A stretch of 64,000 nucleotides of DNA from Eledone cirrhosa. Its lineage: Eukaryota. Below, piece by piece: positions 13,560-25,994 of the stretch (positions are counted from its first letter, which is position 1; every line of letters starts with the position of its first letter). The notes under the pieces were generated by a model. It was not told the origin of the DNA and did not search any database. It was given only the letters and a program-made list of their open reading frames with translations. Position numbers and translations under genes: made by a program. Where the stretch lies: NCBI GenBank assembly GCA_964016885.1, contig OZ024743.1, positions 83,700,001-83,764,000 of the forward strand, given 5' to 3'.

Positions 13560-16500
13560 GTTGCTTTTGTTGCTATTGGTGTTGGTGTTGTTGCTATTGG
13601 TGTTGTTGTTGTTGCTATTGGTGTTGTTGTTGTTGCTATTGGTGTTGCTATTGTTGCTATTGGTGTTGTTGTTGTTGCTATTGGTGTTGTTGTTGTTGCT
13701 ATTGGTGTTGCTGTTGTTGCTATTGGTGTTGTTGTTGTTGCTATTGGTGTTGTTGTTGTTGCTGTTGGTGTTGGTGTTGTTGTTGCTATTGGTGTTGCTG
13801 TTGTTGCTATTGGTGTTGTTGTTGTTGCTATTGGTGTTGTTGTTGTTGCTATTGGTGTTGTTGTTGCTATTGGTGTTGCTGTTGTTGCTATTGGTGTTGT
13901 TGTTGTTGCTATTGGTGTTGTTGTTGCTATTGGTGTTGCTGTTGTTGCTATTGGTGTTGTAGTTGTTGCTATTGGTGTTGTTGTTGTTGCTATTGGTGTT
14001 GTTGTTGCTATTGGTGTTGTTGTTGTTGCTATTGGTGTTGTTGTTGCTATTGGTGTTGCTATTGTTGCTATTGGTGTTGTTGTTGTTGTTATTGGTGTTG
14101 CTATTGTTGCTATTGGTGTTGTTGTTGTTGCTATTGGTGTTGTTGTTGTTATTGGTGTTGCTGTTGTTGCTATTGGTGTTGTTGTTGTTGCTATTGGTGT
14201 TGTTGTTGCTATTGGTGTTGTTGTTGTTGCTATTGGTGTTGCTGTTGTTGCTATTGGTGTTGTTGTTGTTGCTATTGGTGTTGCTGTTGTTGCTATTGAT
14301 GTTGCTGTTGTTGCTATTGGTGTTGTTGTTGTTGCTATTGGTGTTGTTGTTGTTGCTATTGGTGTTGTTGTTGTTGCTATTGGTGTTGTTGTTGCTATTG
14401 GTGTTGTTGTTGTTGCTGTTGGTGTTGTTGTTGTTGTTGCTCTTGATGTTGTTGTTGCTATTGGTGTTGCTGTTGTTGCTATTGGTGTTGTTGTTGTTGC
14501 TATTGGTGTTGTTGTTGCTATTGGTGTTGTTGTTGTTGCTATTGGTGTTGTTGTTGTTGCTATTGGTGTTGCTATTGTTGCTATTGGTGTTGTTGTTGTT
14601 GCTATTGGTGTTCTTTTTGTTGCTATTGGTGTTGCTATTGTTGCTATTGTTGCTATTGGTGTTGTTGTTGCTATTGGTGTTGTTGTTGTTGCTATTGGTG
14701 TTGTTGTTGTTGTTGCTATTGGTGTTGCTATTGTTGCTATTGGTGTTGTTGTTGTTGCTATTGGTGTTGTTGTTGTTGCTATTGGTGTTGCTGTTGTTGC
14801 TATTGTTGCTATTGGTGGTGTTGTTGTTGCTATTGGTGTTGTTGTTGTTGCTATTGGTGTTGTTGTTGCTATTGGTGTTGCTGTTGTTGCTATTGGTGTT
14901 GTTGTTGTTGCTATTGGTGTTGTTGTTGTTGCTATTGGTGTTGTTGTTGCTATTGGTGTTGTTGTTGTTGCTATTGGTGTTGTTGTTGTTGCTATTGGTG
15001 TTGTTGTTGTTGCTATTGGTGTTGCTATTGTTGCTATTGGTGTTGTTGTTGTTGTTGCTATTGGTGTTGTTGTTGTTATTGGTGTTGCTGTTGTTGCTGT
15101 TGGTGTTGTTGTTGTTGCTCTTGATGTTGTTGTTGCTATTGGTGTTGTTGTTGCTATTGGTGTTGCTGTTGTTGCTATTGGTGTTGTAGTTGTTGCTATT
15201 GGTGTTGTTGTTGTTGCTATTGGTGTTGTTGTTGCTATTGGTGTTGTTGTTGTTGCTATTGGTGTTGTTGTTGCTATTGGTGTTGCTATTGTTGCTATTG
15301 GTGTTGTTGTTGTTGTTATTGGTGTTGCTATTGTTGCTATTGGTGTTGTTGTTGTTGCTATTGGTGTTGTTGTTGTTATTGGTGTTGCTGTTGTTGCTAT
15401 TGGTGTTGTTGTTGTTGCTATTGGTGTTGTTGTTGCTATTGGTGTTGTTGTTGTTGCTATTGGTGTTGCTGTTGTTGCTATTGGTGTTGTTGTTGTTGCT
15501 ATTGGTGTTGCTGTTGTTGCTATTGATGTTGCTGTTGTTGCTATTGGTGTTGTTGTTGTTGCTATTGGTGTTGTTGTTGTTGCTATTGGTGTTGTTGTTG
15601 TTGCTATTGGTGTTGTTGTTGCTATTGGTGTTGTTGTTGTTGCTGTTGGTGTTGTTGTTGTTGTTGCTCTTGATGTTGTTGTTGCTATTGGTGTTGCTGT
15701 TGTTGCTATTGGTGTTGTTGTTGTTGCTATTGGTGTTGTTGTTGCTATTGGTTTTGCTGTTGTTGCTATTGGTGTTGTTGTTGTTGCTATTGGTGTTGTT
15801 GTTGTTGCTATTGGTGTTGTTGTTGCTATTGGTGTTGTTGTTGTTGCTATTGGTGTTGTTGTTGTTGCTATTGGTGTTGCTATTGTTGCTATTGGTGTTG
15901 TTGTTGTTGCTATTGGTGTTCTTTTTGTTGCTATTGGTGTTGCTATTGTTGCTATTGTTGCTATTGGTGTTGTTGTTGCTATTGGTGTTGTTGTTGTTGC
16001 TATTGGTGTTGTTGTTGTTGTTGCTATTGGTGTTGCTATTGTTGCTATTGGTGTTGTTGTTGTTGCTATTGGTGTTGTTGTTGTTGCTATTGGTGTTGCT
16101 GTTGTTGCTATTGGTGGTGTTGTTGTTGCTATTGGTGTTGTTGTTGTTGCTATTGGTGTTGTTGTTGCTATTGGTGTTGCTGTTGTTGCTATTGGTGTTG
16201 TTGTTGTTGCTATTGGTGTTGTTGTTGTTGCTATTGGTGTTGTTGTTGCTATTGGTGTTGTTGTTGTTGCTATTGGTGTTGTTGTTGTTGCTATTGGTGT
16301 TGTTGTTGTTGCTATTGGTGTTGCTATTGTTGCTATTGGTGTTGTTGTTGTTGTTGCTATTGGTGTTGTTGTTGTTATTGGTGTTGCTGTTGTTGCTGTT
16401 GGTGTTGTTGTTGTTGCTCTTGATGTTGTTGTTGCTATTGGTGTTGTTGCTGCTATTGGTGTTGTTGTTGTTGCTATTGGTGTTGCTGTTCTTGCTATTG

Positions 16501-17000
16501 GTGTTGTTGTTGTTGCTATTGGTGTTGCTGTTGTTGCTATTGATGTTGCTGTTGTTGCTATTGGTGTTGTTGTTGTTGTTGCTATTGGTGTTGCTGTTGT
16601 TATTGGTGTTGCTGTTGTTGCTATTGGTGTTGCTGTTGTTGCTATTGGTGTTTTTGTTGTTGCTATTGGTGCTGTTGTTGTTATTGGTGTTGCTGTTGTT
16701 GCTATTGGTGTTGCTGTTGTTGCTATTGGTGTCGTTGTTGTTGTTGCTATTGGTGTTCTTGTTGTTATTGGCGTCGCTGTTGTTGCTATTGTTGTTGGTG
16801 TTGTTGCTATTGGTGTTGATATTGTTTCTTTTGGAGTTGGTGTTGTTGCTATTGATGTTGTCGTTGTTAATGGTGATGGTGTTGTTGCTATTGGTGTTGT
16901 CGTTGCTATTGGTGTTGGTGTTGTTGCTATTGCTATTGGTGTCGTTGCTAATGGTGTTGCTGTTATTGCTATTGGTGTTGGCGTTGTTGCTATTGGTGAC
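13560..17000. repeat. (GTT)n-derived 18/21-bp minisatellite (GCTATTGGT(GTT)n) with an internal higher-order duplication of about 1.2 kb
   Basis: Rare variants recur in order, for example GTTGTAGTT near 13960 and 15187, and TTCTTTTTG near 14611 and 15919. Confidence 0.9.
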
Positions 17001-17004
17001 GGTT

Positions 17005-17174
17005 GAAGAAGAAGAAGAAGAAGAAGAAGAAGAAGAAGAAGAAGAAGAAGAAGAAGAAGAAGAAGAAGAAGAAGAAGAAGAAGAAGAAGAAGAAGAAGAA
17101 GAAGAAGAAGAAGAAGAAGAAGAAGAAGAAGAAGAAGAAGAAGAAGAAGAAGAAGAAGAAGAAGAAGAAGAAGA
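17005..17174. repeat. Perfect (GAA)n tract
   Basis: Read directly. Confidence 0.95.
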
Positions 17175-17654
17175 CATTTCTTCCAAACATATTATATGAC
17201 TGTGAACGCGTTTAATCGTTCTTATTAAGGATTTTCCGTAATTCCTCATTAGTTCTTTATGGTTAGTTTGAAACAACAGTTTATCGAAGGTATGTATTTA
17301 AAAAGATAGAAATGACAGCTGTGGGACTAAAACTGATTCATTCGTTTGAAATCACCAGGGAACGCCTGTGCTGTAGAAGTCATTTCTATCTGATATTTTC
17401 CCCAATATGGCTGACTATACACACACGTGTTTTTTCTCCTAAAAATGTTTTCTCCGTTCCTTTCACTTCTCACTCCCTATCTTTCTCTGTATTTCATCTT
17501 TTATTTCTCCTTCTATCTTCTCATAAAGGACTAATGTCTGAACGTAAAGAATCTTTTTTTATTATATCAAGCGTAAACAAACATATTTCTTCCTTGCTCT
17601 GTGTTGTTTGCTTTGATGTTTCCGATTACTATTTGCATTTATATATATATATAT

Positions 17655-17845
17655 GAAAATAAAACTCGGACCGTGTGACACCTAGCGATTTCGGTTTGTA
17701 TTCGCAAGCCTTACAAGCCGAAATCGCTTGGAGTCGCGGTCTGGTTTTCGGTTTTTATCTTCCTTTATACCAACTCTACTTCTTCCCATATATAGAGTGC
17801 TACCCCAATTTGTTATCATCTCCCCGGTGCGCCACCACAGACTTT
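17655..17845 (+). mobile_element. PLE-type fold-back remnant with tail hairpin
   Basis: Imperfect arms around 17705; CTCTA...TATAGAG at 17774-17797; (TA)n flanks. Confidence 0.55.
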
Positions 17846-17857
17846 ATATATATATAT

Positions 17858-17917
<60 letters not shown>

Positions 17918-17930
17918 TTAATATAGATGA

Positions 17931-17979
17931 GATTCTACAGGACTAGAACTGTTTCATTCTTTAGAAATCATCAGGAATC
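17931..17979 (-). ncRNA. Type I hammerhead ribozyme, family B (mirror copy)
   Basis: Exact reverse complement of 17981-18029. Confidence 0.85.
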
Positions 17980-17980
17980 A

Positions 17981-18029
17981 GATTCCTGATGATTTCTAAA
18001 GAATGAAACAGTTCTAGTCCTGTAGAATC
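17981..18029 (+). ncRNA. Type I hammerhead ribozyme, family B, canonical core
   Basis: GATTC-CTGATGA-T-TTC(TAAA)GAA-T-GAAA-CAG(TTCTAGTC)CTG-TA-GAATC; predicted GUA cleavage after 18024. Confidence 0.85.
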
Positions 18030-18119
18030 TCATCTATATCAAAACTTTTATACTCTGCAATGTATTGAGTACCTTACTTACTGTGGTTACCTCCTCCGAT
18101 TCAACCCGGAATAACGTAT

Positions 18120-18177
<58 letters not shown>

Positions 18178-18270
18178 ACACACACCCCTCACTCTCAAGC
18201 GTGAAACTAATATTAACATTTTGTACTGCTTCTTCGCTTCCTCGTTGATGTTTTTTTGTTTTCTGTTTCA

Positions 18271-18332
<62 letters not shown>

Positions 18333-18553
18333 ACGTCTATCTCAATGAATCTGCCGAATTGCAGTGATGCAGCTGCAATCAGCTGTTCAAAGTGCACACA
18401 TTTAGTTCATAGCAGATACAATATCTGTGTTTTGGTGGAGATAAAAGTAAGCATCTCAACTCCTGGACAATACCGTTTCTGTGCAACACAACTTCACAAA
18501 TGCAGATATTTCATCCGCAATGTCACCAGATATTTACGTAACCGGGATATATG

Positions 18554-18633
<80 letters not shown>

Positions 18634-18634
18634 C

Positions 18635-18669
<35 letters not shown>

Positions 18670-18929
18670 CATCGACGTACGAGGGTTCAACGGTCTTTTC
18701 AGTTCAATTGTTATCGTTATACAATAAATGGCACTTTAGTCCAGCTGCTGATTTACACATGAAGCTGCATTTAGTGAAGATGAAGGGAGTTTGAGTGGAA
18801 CAGGATGGAATGTTTGATCGGATCTTGGTGTTAGATCTTAGACCACGAAGATAGACCAGACGAGATTTATCAAAGTTCTTTATACTTTCATGGCAGACAG
18901 GAAGTAAGAGGTATGTTCACAAATTAAAA

Positions 18930-19285
18930 ATTGTACTCGAGTTTCTCTTTATATTTGAGTAATCGTCTGCCTACATTACATGCACCATTATGAAGTTGAC
19001 TGAATAACAGTACCTTGGATGTGCGGTCCTCGGTCAACCGTAGGACATGACCATCCTATCTGAGTTGGGATTGCATCAGAAATTACTCAATCCCACCGAT
19101 GTTGAACCTTGTGAAGAGATCACTATTAGAGATTTTGTGGTAAATTGTATAACCACAGATAGAGCGAAGACAATGTTTGTGAGAGACATCAAGTTTATAA
19201 ATCTGGGTGCGTTAAAGTGTCCATGACTCCGAGCCGTATAAAAGTATCGCCAGTACCACTGCACGATAAACTGCAACCTACATTT
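18930..19285 (-). pseudogene. RTE-clade LINE ORF C-terminal fragment (absent from the ORF track because of stops)
   Basis: Manual translation: VYRAVVLAILLYGSESWTL*...KLDVSHKHCLRSI...KISNSDL...QSQLR*DGHVLRLTEDRTSKVLLF...GRRLLKYKE. Confidence 0.8.
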
Positions 19286-19309
19286 TCAGGGATATACATA
19301 CATGTCTCT

Positions 19310-19423
<114 letters not shown>

Positions 19424-20155
19424 TTCAAACCAAACACAGAAGTACAGAAACACAAATTCTTATTAGTTTCATGCTTAGGAAGAAGTAGAAAACGGTTTCA
19501 AGTTCATCTTCTGCAACAAATTCTTCAAATACGACATTTTCATTCATTTTAGTAATATAAATATGCTCCTAAATTTTATTTGGAAAAGCTTCTTATTGTT
19601 GAATGGTTTGGGGCTGCTATTTCTAGCTATCCACATACCTATTCACGTCACGTAGGCAAACTGAAGCGTGGTGTTATTTCTTAACTCCATGTGCGTTTTT
19701 GCGAGTTCTTAGATTTGCTTAGAAGTATGAGTTCATGTGGATTAAGCTCTCTTCTTGCTGAGGATCCTAGCTTACCATTTGAACTTCACTATCCGGAGAT
19801 AAAACATAGTTCTATTGCCATTAAGGAATTATACACGAGATAATACATTTATTATTTGGTATTCGGTATGTAGTGTTTAATTATTGTTTTGTTACTCTGT
19901 CTATACTGCTCATTTCGAGTTGATATGTTCTTACAATATTTTGCGTGTATTTGTGTATTGTTTGGTATAAATGTCATGGTCTGAGTTCAAATCTCGCCGA
20001 GATTAACTTTGCCTTTCACCCTTACGAGATCGATAAAATAAAGTACCAGTAATGTACTGAGATAATTGCTGGTCTTGTGCCAAAAGTGGAAACAATTGCA
20101 TTATATTATATATCTATCTTTATATATATATATATGTTCGATATACATATATTCG

Positions 20156-20235
<80 letters not shown>

Positions 20236-20378
20236 TATATATATCGAATGTAGAAAGGTAATATGACTTTCTTCTCTGAATGATCACAATTAACTTTTCT
20301 TCCCCTCTCTATATTTTTTTGTTATTATCATTAGTTTCACTATTTGTACAAATATGCAACTTAATATTCTGCATATCC

Positions 20379-20416
20379 GCAATTGATAATGCATTTAATG
20401 CTGAAACCGGTATTGT
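20379..20416 (+). ncRNA. Minimal hammerhead, U3:A8 core variant
   Basis: GCAA-TTGATAA-t-GCAT(TTA)ATGC-t-GAAA-CCGG-TA-TTGT; palindromic stem III ACCGGT. Confidence 0.55.
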
Positions 20417-20501
20417 AAATAAATTGATGCTTTGAAATTTCACTAAAAATATCTCTTCAAGCATTTTCTACAGAAAAAATCTTTTTCCTTTCTACTATTT
20501 G

Positions 20502-20545
<44 letters not shown>

Positions 20546-20551
<6 letters not shown>

Positions 20552-20949
20552 TGAAAAAGAACAAAGGAACTATTATGACATTATAACAAGTTTATTGCCG
20601 ACAGCCGTTTCGTCCGACCATATGGTGGGACTTTTCAAGGCATATAACATGTGATTGTAAGATCATTATTTACATCAACGTATCACTCAAGACTGCTAGT
20701 CTTGAGTGATACGTTGATGTAAATAATGATCTTACAATCACATGTTATATGCCTTGAAAAGTCCCACCATATGGTCGGACGAAACGGCTGTCGGCAATAA
20801 ACTTATTATAATGTCATAATAGTTCCTTTGTTCTTTTTCACTAATATTTCTGCTCTGCTTATACGCATAGAGCTTAACTAGCTACCGTCACATATTTGGT
20901 AGGTCAGACGTGATCATCGCGATTCACATACGACCTACCATACATCTTG

Positions 20950-20952
<3 letters not shown>
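20546..20952. mobile_element. PLE pLTR fold-back with about 150-bp arms and a hammerhead in each arm
   Basis: Centre near 20696; hammerheads at 20596-20642 (-) and 20750-20796 (+); tail hairpin at 20853-20872. Confidence 0.85.
20750..20796 (+). ncRNA. Hammerhead, U3:A8 core variant
   Basis: TGCC-TTGAAAA-GTCC(CACCATATGGTC)GGAC-GAAA-CGGCTG-TC-GGCA. Confidence 0.75.
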
Positions 20953-21047
<95 letters not shown>

Positions 21048-21089
21048 TGGGTGTGTGGGTGTGGGTGTGGGTGTGTGGGTGTGGGTGTG

Positions 21090-21612
21090 TAGTGATGGCT
21101 GTAAACTCTGCAAAGAGTATTGCAATCGCTTGTCATTACAGAAAATGGAGCGCTTTTAGGCTACGGTCAGCCACACAAACCTGTAACAGATCCTGAACAA
21201 ACAATGCCTGTGATTTTAAGGTTTTTTAAGTGGGGGATGCCTTGCACTCGACCAATCCCACTATCTGAGCATCGAAAACTCTACCCGAAAAGGAGAACTG
21301 GTCAACATCATCGGATGCTTCCGAAGCCGCCGGATTTTTTCAGAGTTTCCCTCTCTTAGAAAGGTGTTGTGACCACAACTAGGGTCCTTTCAGTACCAGG
21401 CGAGAAAAAAAAGTACTATTTGGATAGCCGTTGACTCTGCTGAGTTCCTCCGCCCTTTGCCGGATCTTGTATTTCATCCCGCAGGGTGTCAAAATATCAC
21501 CCTCCTCACCATGCAAGCTTGGTGGTCTTGCCCGTTTAGTCGCCGACGACTCGACCATGAGACAGGTTGTACTGGGTTACATGTTACCAGTAGCACTCGG
21601 GAACGACCTGAC
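21090..21612 (-). mobile_element. Diverged copy of the fixed-end non-autonomous retroelement
   Basis: Same 5' start (GTCAGGTCG...GCTACTGGTAACATG) and internal motifs as 2320-2928. Confidence 0.7.
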
Positions 21613-21618
21613 ACATAT

Positions 21619-21677
<59 letters not shown>

Positions 21678-23650
21678 TGTTTCTTTATTAGCCATAGGGG
21701 CACAAAACAAGGGGACAAATACAAAGGGGGAAGTTTACATACAATAAAAAACGTGTAAAATGTTATCACAAATGTAATTTAAAAAGTTAGTCGATTTTCC
21801 CCAATAGGGGGAGGCAGTTTATATGGGTAACACATACCTCCGAAAAAATGTGCAACCCTCATCTCCAGGAGTACGAAGAGTTTGTACTCCTTTCCTCTCC
21901 TCGTCCTTTTCCTCAACCTACAGGCTGATATAGAGAGAAGGCCCATTCTCGCCACTTTCACCCAACTTTCATAAAACTTGCTGGGGTACAGCACCTCTCT
22001 CTCCATCCTGATTCTTCTTCCAAAGTGGTATTTGAAAAAAAGAATCAGTTGTTGGCCGGAGAGAAAGGTGTCTGACCTCAGCCCTTTCAACCTTGTCCAC
22101 CATACAACCTCTTTCGCCATAGCTATCACACAAAGGAAAACCGCCTCTCCTTCGCTTTTGAAGGAGGGTGGCGGTTTGATCATGACAATGGACTCGGTGA
22201 TCAACCGGATTGGTCCCACCCGCGACAATAGTCGTTCTACATAGCCCCACAGGTCAGTGACGCCCGGGCAGTGTATGAATGCGTGCGCGACGGTTTCTTC
22301 GTCTCGCACGCACCTCGGACAGATCTTTTTTGCAGGGTCCCTGCCTGGGCGCCCATGTCTGTAGAGCTTTCCCGAACTGGTAGAGCTCCTCGGTAGCACT
22401 GCCAGGCCAGGGATGTTTGGAAGTTGTCCATCGGTCCCGGGCGGAAGGTCCTACCGAACAGACTGGCCAGTTCATCTTCCTCTACGCCTAGAGTTTCACT
22501 GAGCGCGTCGTCGCACTTGCTGCGGATCAACCCTCTATAGAATGACGAAGTGGAGTCTCCACTGATCCCCGGGTCCGCCTGCCAGAGGGCTGTGAGCACC
22601 TGAGCACATTCGATGTGCCAGTCGCCCATTTTCCTCGGTCTTTGCTTGACCCAGGACTGCAGCTCGGTCAGCGAGACGAGTCGTGGGAAGGCTCGCCTCA
22701 CGAACGGGGCCCACACCGGTTGTCCGGTGAGGAATACGTAGAGATGCCGTAGCCTGAGCGCGTGTTTTCGCATCGTCAACCACGGCATCCCCAGCCCTCC
22801 GTTAGAAGGGTGTTGGCAGCAGATGGATCTTCTCACCAAAGGAGCCCGCCTCTTCCAAAGGAATCCGAAGAGCGCGCGCTCCATTTTGGCGAGCGTTTTG
22901 GCTGGACAAGGCACGATGGTCAAGCGGTAGTAGATGGCGGACGCTATAAAAGTGTTCGCCACCTCCGCTCGACCTTTCAAGGATAGTTTGCACTCGGCCC
23001 ACTTCTGGGTGAGTGCAAACACCTTGGCCGTCACTTCGTTCCAGTTCTTCTCCACCTGGAGGTCCGGACCAAACCAGACCCCGAGCAGCTTTACCGGTCC
23101 TTCCGTCAAGCGTCTGACGACGCCATCGGAAGGCATCGGTTTGCCTCTCCACGATCCGAGTTGCAAACCGATGGACTTGTCCCGGTTCAGCTTCGCTCCT
23201 GTGAAACTTTCGTATTCCTTCAGTAAGGTGCCGACTTCCTCGATTTGCGAGGCGCTCGACACCATTACTGTCATGTCGTCGGCGTAGGCTGACGCCGCTT
23301 TCCGCAGTCCCGGTTCCAGAGGGATGCCCTGCAATAGCTCCAACTTCCGCAGTAGTGGCTCGAGAGTCAGTACGTACAGAAGGGAGGAGAGAGGGCATCC
23401 CTGGCGAATGGATCGCGTAATATGGAACGGCTCCGAGAGGTAGCCGTTCACCTTGACCCTTGAGCAGATGTTGGCGCTGTGTATTGCAGCTATCCAGCCC
23501 CTGAACACGGGTCCGAAGCCTACCGCCTCGAGAACCGCATCCAGGTAACGAGGGTCAACCCTATCGAAAGCCTTAGACTGATCCAAGTTGATCAGGGCCC
23601 CCACCGAAACCGGGTTTACACCCAACCCTCTCTACGATGTATCGCATAAA
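21678..23650 (-). mobile_element. 5'-truncated Tx1/L1-clade LINE ending in (TATC)n
   Basis: RT ORF, a frameshifted C-terminal Cys/His motif (CPRC...EETVAHAFIHC) and a 3' end AATAAAGAAAC into (TATC)n. A related 3' stub lies at about 37408-37455 in (GATA)n. Confidence 0.9.
22237..23625 (-). pseudogene. Reverse transcriptase (Tx1/L1 ORF2 fragment)
   Basis: Motifs LDQSKAFDRV, RQGCPLSSLLY, AYADD, KLLGVWF and NGGLG. Confidence 0.92.
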
Positions 23651-23679
23651 GAACAGCTGAGATGTTTGAACACGCAAAA

Positions 23680-23769
23680 CATATCTGAAGACCCTTCGAA
23701 TGCAGAGTCGGGTTCGATCTGTTACAGGTCTTGCCTCAAGCTGATCGACGGAGAAACATGTGTAATATG
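23680..23769 (+). ncRNA. Hammerhead with extended stem II, family C
   Basis: CATAT-CTGAAGA-(about 60 nt structured)-GAAA-CATGTG-TA-ATATG. Confidence 0.7.
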
Positions 23770-23811
23770 TTAATAAATTGTGCTCTGATGCAACACTGAT
23801 TCCTCGTTCTT

Positions 23812-23852
<41 letters not shown>

Positions 23853-23894
23853 CGAAACATAAGTCAATTGCATGAACTCATAATCCTTTATTTA

Positions 23895-23948
23895 CTGCTA
23901 TATATATTTCGATGATAGCCATTGAATGGCTATGACCTCATCAGACAG
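23895..23948 (-). ncRNA. Hammerhead with (AT)n palindromic stem III
   Basis: Reverse complement reads CTGT-CTGATGA-GGT-c-ATAGCCA(TTCAA)TGGCTAT-c-ATC-GAAA-TATATA-TA-GCAG. Confidence 0.75.
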
Positions 23949-24113
23949 TTAGTCAGTTCTTAGATATGCCAGCTCGGTGTTTATAGTGTTGATGGTATCA
24001 GAGCCTTGGGACATATGAGCTTGTTAGGAATAAATTAATGTTGTCAGCAGGAATAGTCTTGATTCTCATTGGTCAGTTTGTAGATGGTAGTAGGGTTGGT
24101 ATTTGACCTCATA

Positions 24114-24613
<500 letters not shown>

Positions 24614-24744
24614 TATATATATATATATATTCATTAGTTAACAAAACAAGACCACAAATTTCACAAGGAAGACATTATTTAAAGATTGTCAACATAGTTG
24701 TAGTTTAATGTAAGGAATGTAAGGAATAATAATAAATAATGTCC

Positions 24745-24863
24745 GTTTACAATTGTTTCGCTACTTCATATAATGTTTCTGGATCAAATAATTATAGATC
24801 ATTATTGATCTGGTTCAGATGAAGATAATTAACTTAGGTAAAAATGGAGCAGTTCATCGGAAC
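24745..24863 (-). ncRNA. Hammerhead in the PLE pLTR (CCGATGA core, long stem II)
   Basis: Reverse complement reads GTT-CCGATGA-...-GAAA-CAATTG-TA-AAC. Confidence 0.55.
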
Positions 24864-25241
24864 TTCAAAAGAGATAATGAAAATATTGATAAGGAATATA
24901 AATTAAGGTAAAGAAAGATGGTTACATGAATGTAATGTTCCATATATTGGTATTTCACTATGGTATCCTGGGTCTATCTATTGTCTGCCATAGGCGAGCA
25001 ATATTCTTCTGTCTAGGCTGCATTATGCGAGATCTGCCTATGGGTAACAAGATGGCCGCCAAATTAGAGGCTGGTTTCAGAGGAAGTAACTCCTCGAGAA
25101 ATTAGAAATTGTAGGTGGTTTATAGTAAAGAAGTGCTAATGAGTTTAAGTGAGAGACAATGTAAGGGAGGTAACTTATAATTATCTAAGGGTTAATTATC
25201 TAAGTTAAATGTTAGCTATAAGTAAAAGTGGGATTAGATGA

Positions 25242-25811
25242 CTATGCTGGGTCAAATATTCTGTTGGCGAAGGAATTTGCCCTTCGATGTTGACAGCTAA
25301 TAGTTACCTCCGTTCTATCATTAATCGGTAGAAGCCGTGATAGAGTTATGTAATAGGCTTCGGTAAGACAGAGATCACAAGAGTTTCTTCGTCCATTGAA
25401 CGATTGGGCTCTAATCAAGATATCCCATGTTAGTGAGTGTTCAATGTTGGTTAATTTAAGGTTTTTAATGAGCCTAGCTAGAGATGTTGAACATCTATTG
25501 CTAGGGTCCCGGAAGGAAAATGAGTGCGCGTTATAGCGTACCTTAAAATGGTTAGAGGTAGAGCCAATATAGGAGCCAGTATGTGATGCCGTTTTAACTG
25601 TGCACCTATAAACTATATTGGGTGTAAGGCATTGTCCGTTTAGTGGGCATGCATTAGGGTAACGGCAGTTGCAGTTACTGCTGCGGTTAGTGAGGGTAGG
25701 GCTGTTTAAACTATGCGATTGGTGCGTGCTAGAAGGATTAGATGGGGGAGGTATGCTACTAGAGTAAGTATTGGTGTAGTGGTGTGGTGTATTTGAGAGG
25801 GGGGGGTACAA
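25242..25811 (-). pseudogene. PLE GIY-YIG endonuclease domain
   Basis: CNCRYPNACPLNGQCL...IVYRCTV...YIGST...FKVRYNAH...CDLCLTE. Confidence 0.9.
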
Positions 25812-25994
25812 TGGTGTGGGAGTTATAGTGTCTTAGTTTATGATGGTTACTGAATGCGATGTGGCTAGCTAGGTTAGGTGTTGTGGAGAATGAGATTTTA
25901 ATGTTGTTTTTATTAAAGAGTTTGTAATATCTATGGTTGGGGGGGGGGGTTAGATAGGATAGAGAAGAAGCGTTTAGGGATATTAGTAGCTAAG

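Larger units (their letters stand above)
17915..18116. mobile_element. PLE pLTR fold-back, family B, with a complete hammerhead on each strand
   Basis: 65-bp arms around position 17980. Tail 18046-18116 carries the hairpin at 18053-18069. (TA)n flanks. Confidence 0.85.

Noticed and set aside
13428-17276. 1282-aa Asn-rich ORF as a real protein
   Set aside because: It is entirely satellite and open in several frames, with no unique domain or splice evidence.
19440-19980. Possible host exon (also 36330-36670)
   Set aside because: No recognisable protein motif or sustained reading frame was found; left unassigned.
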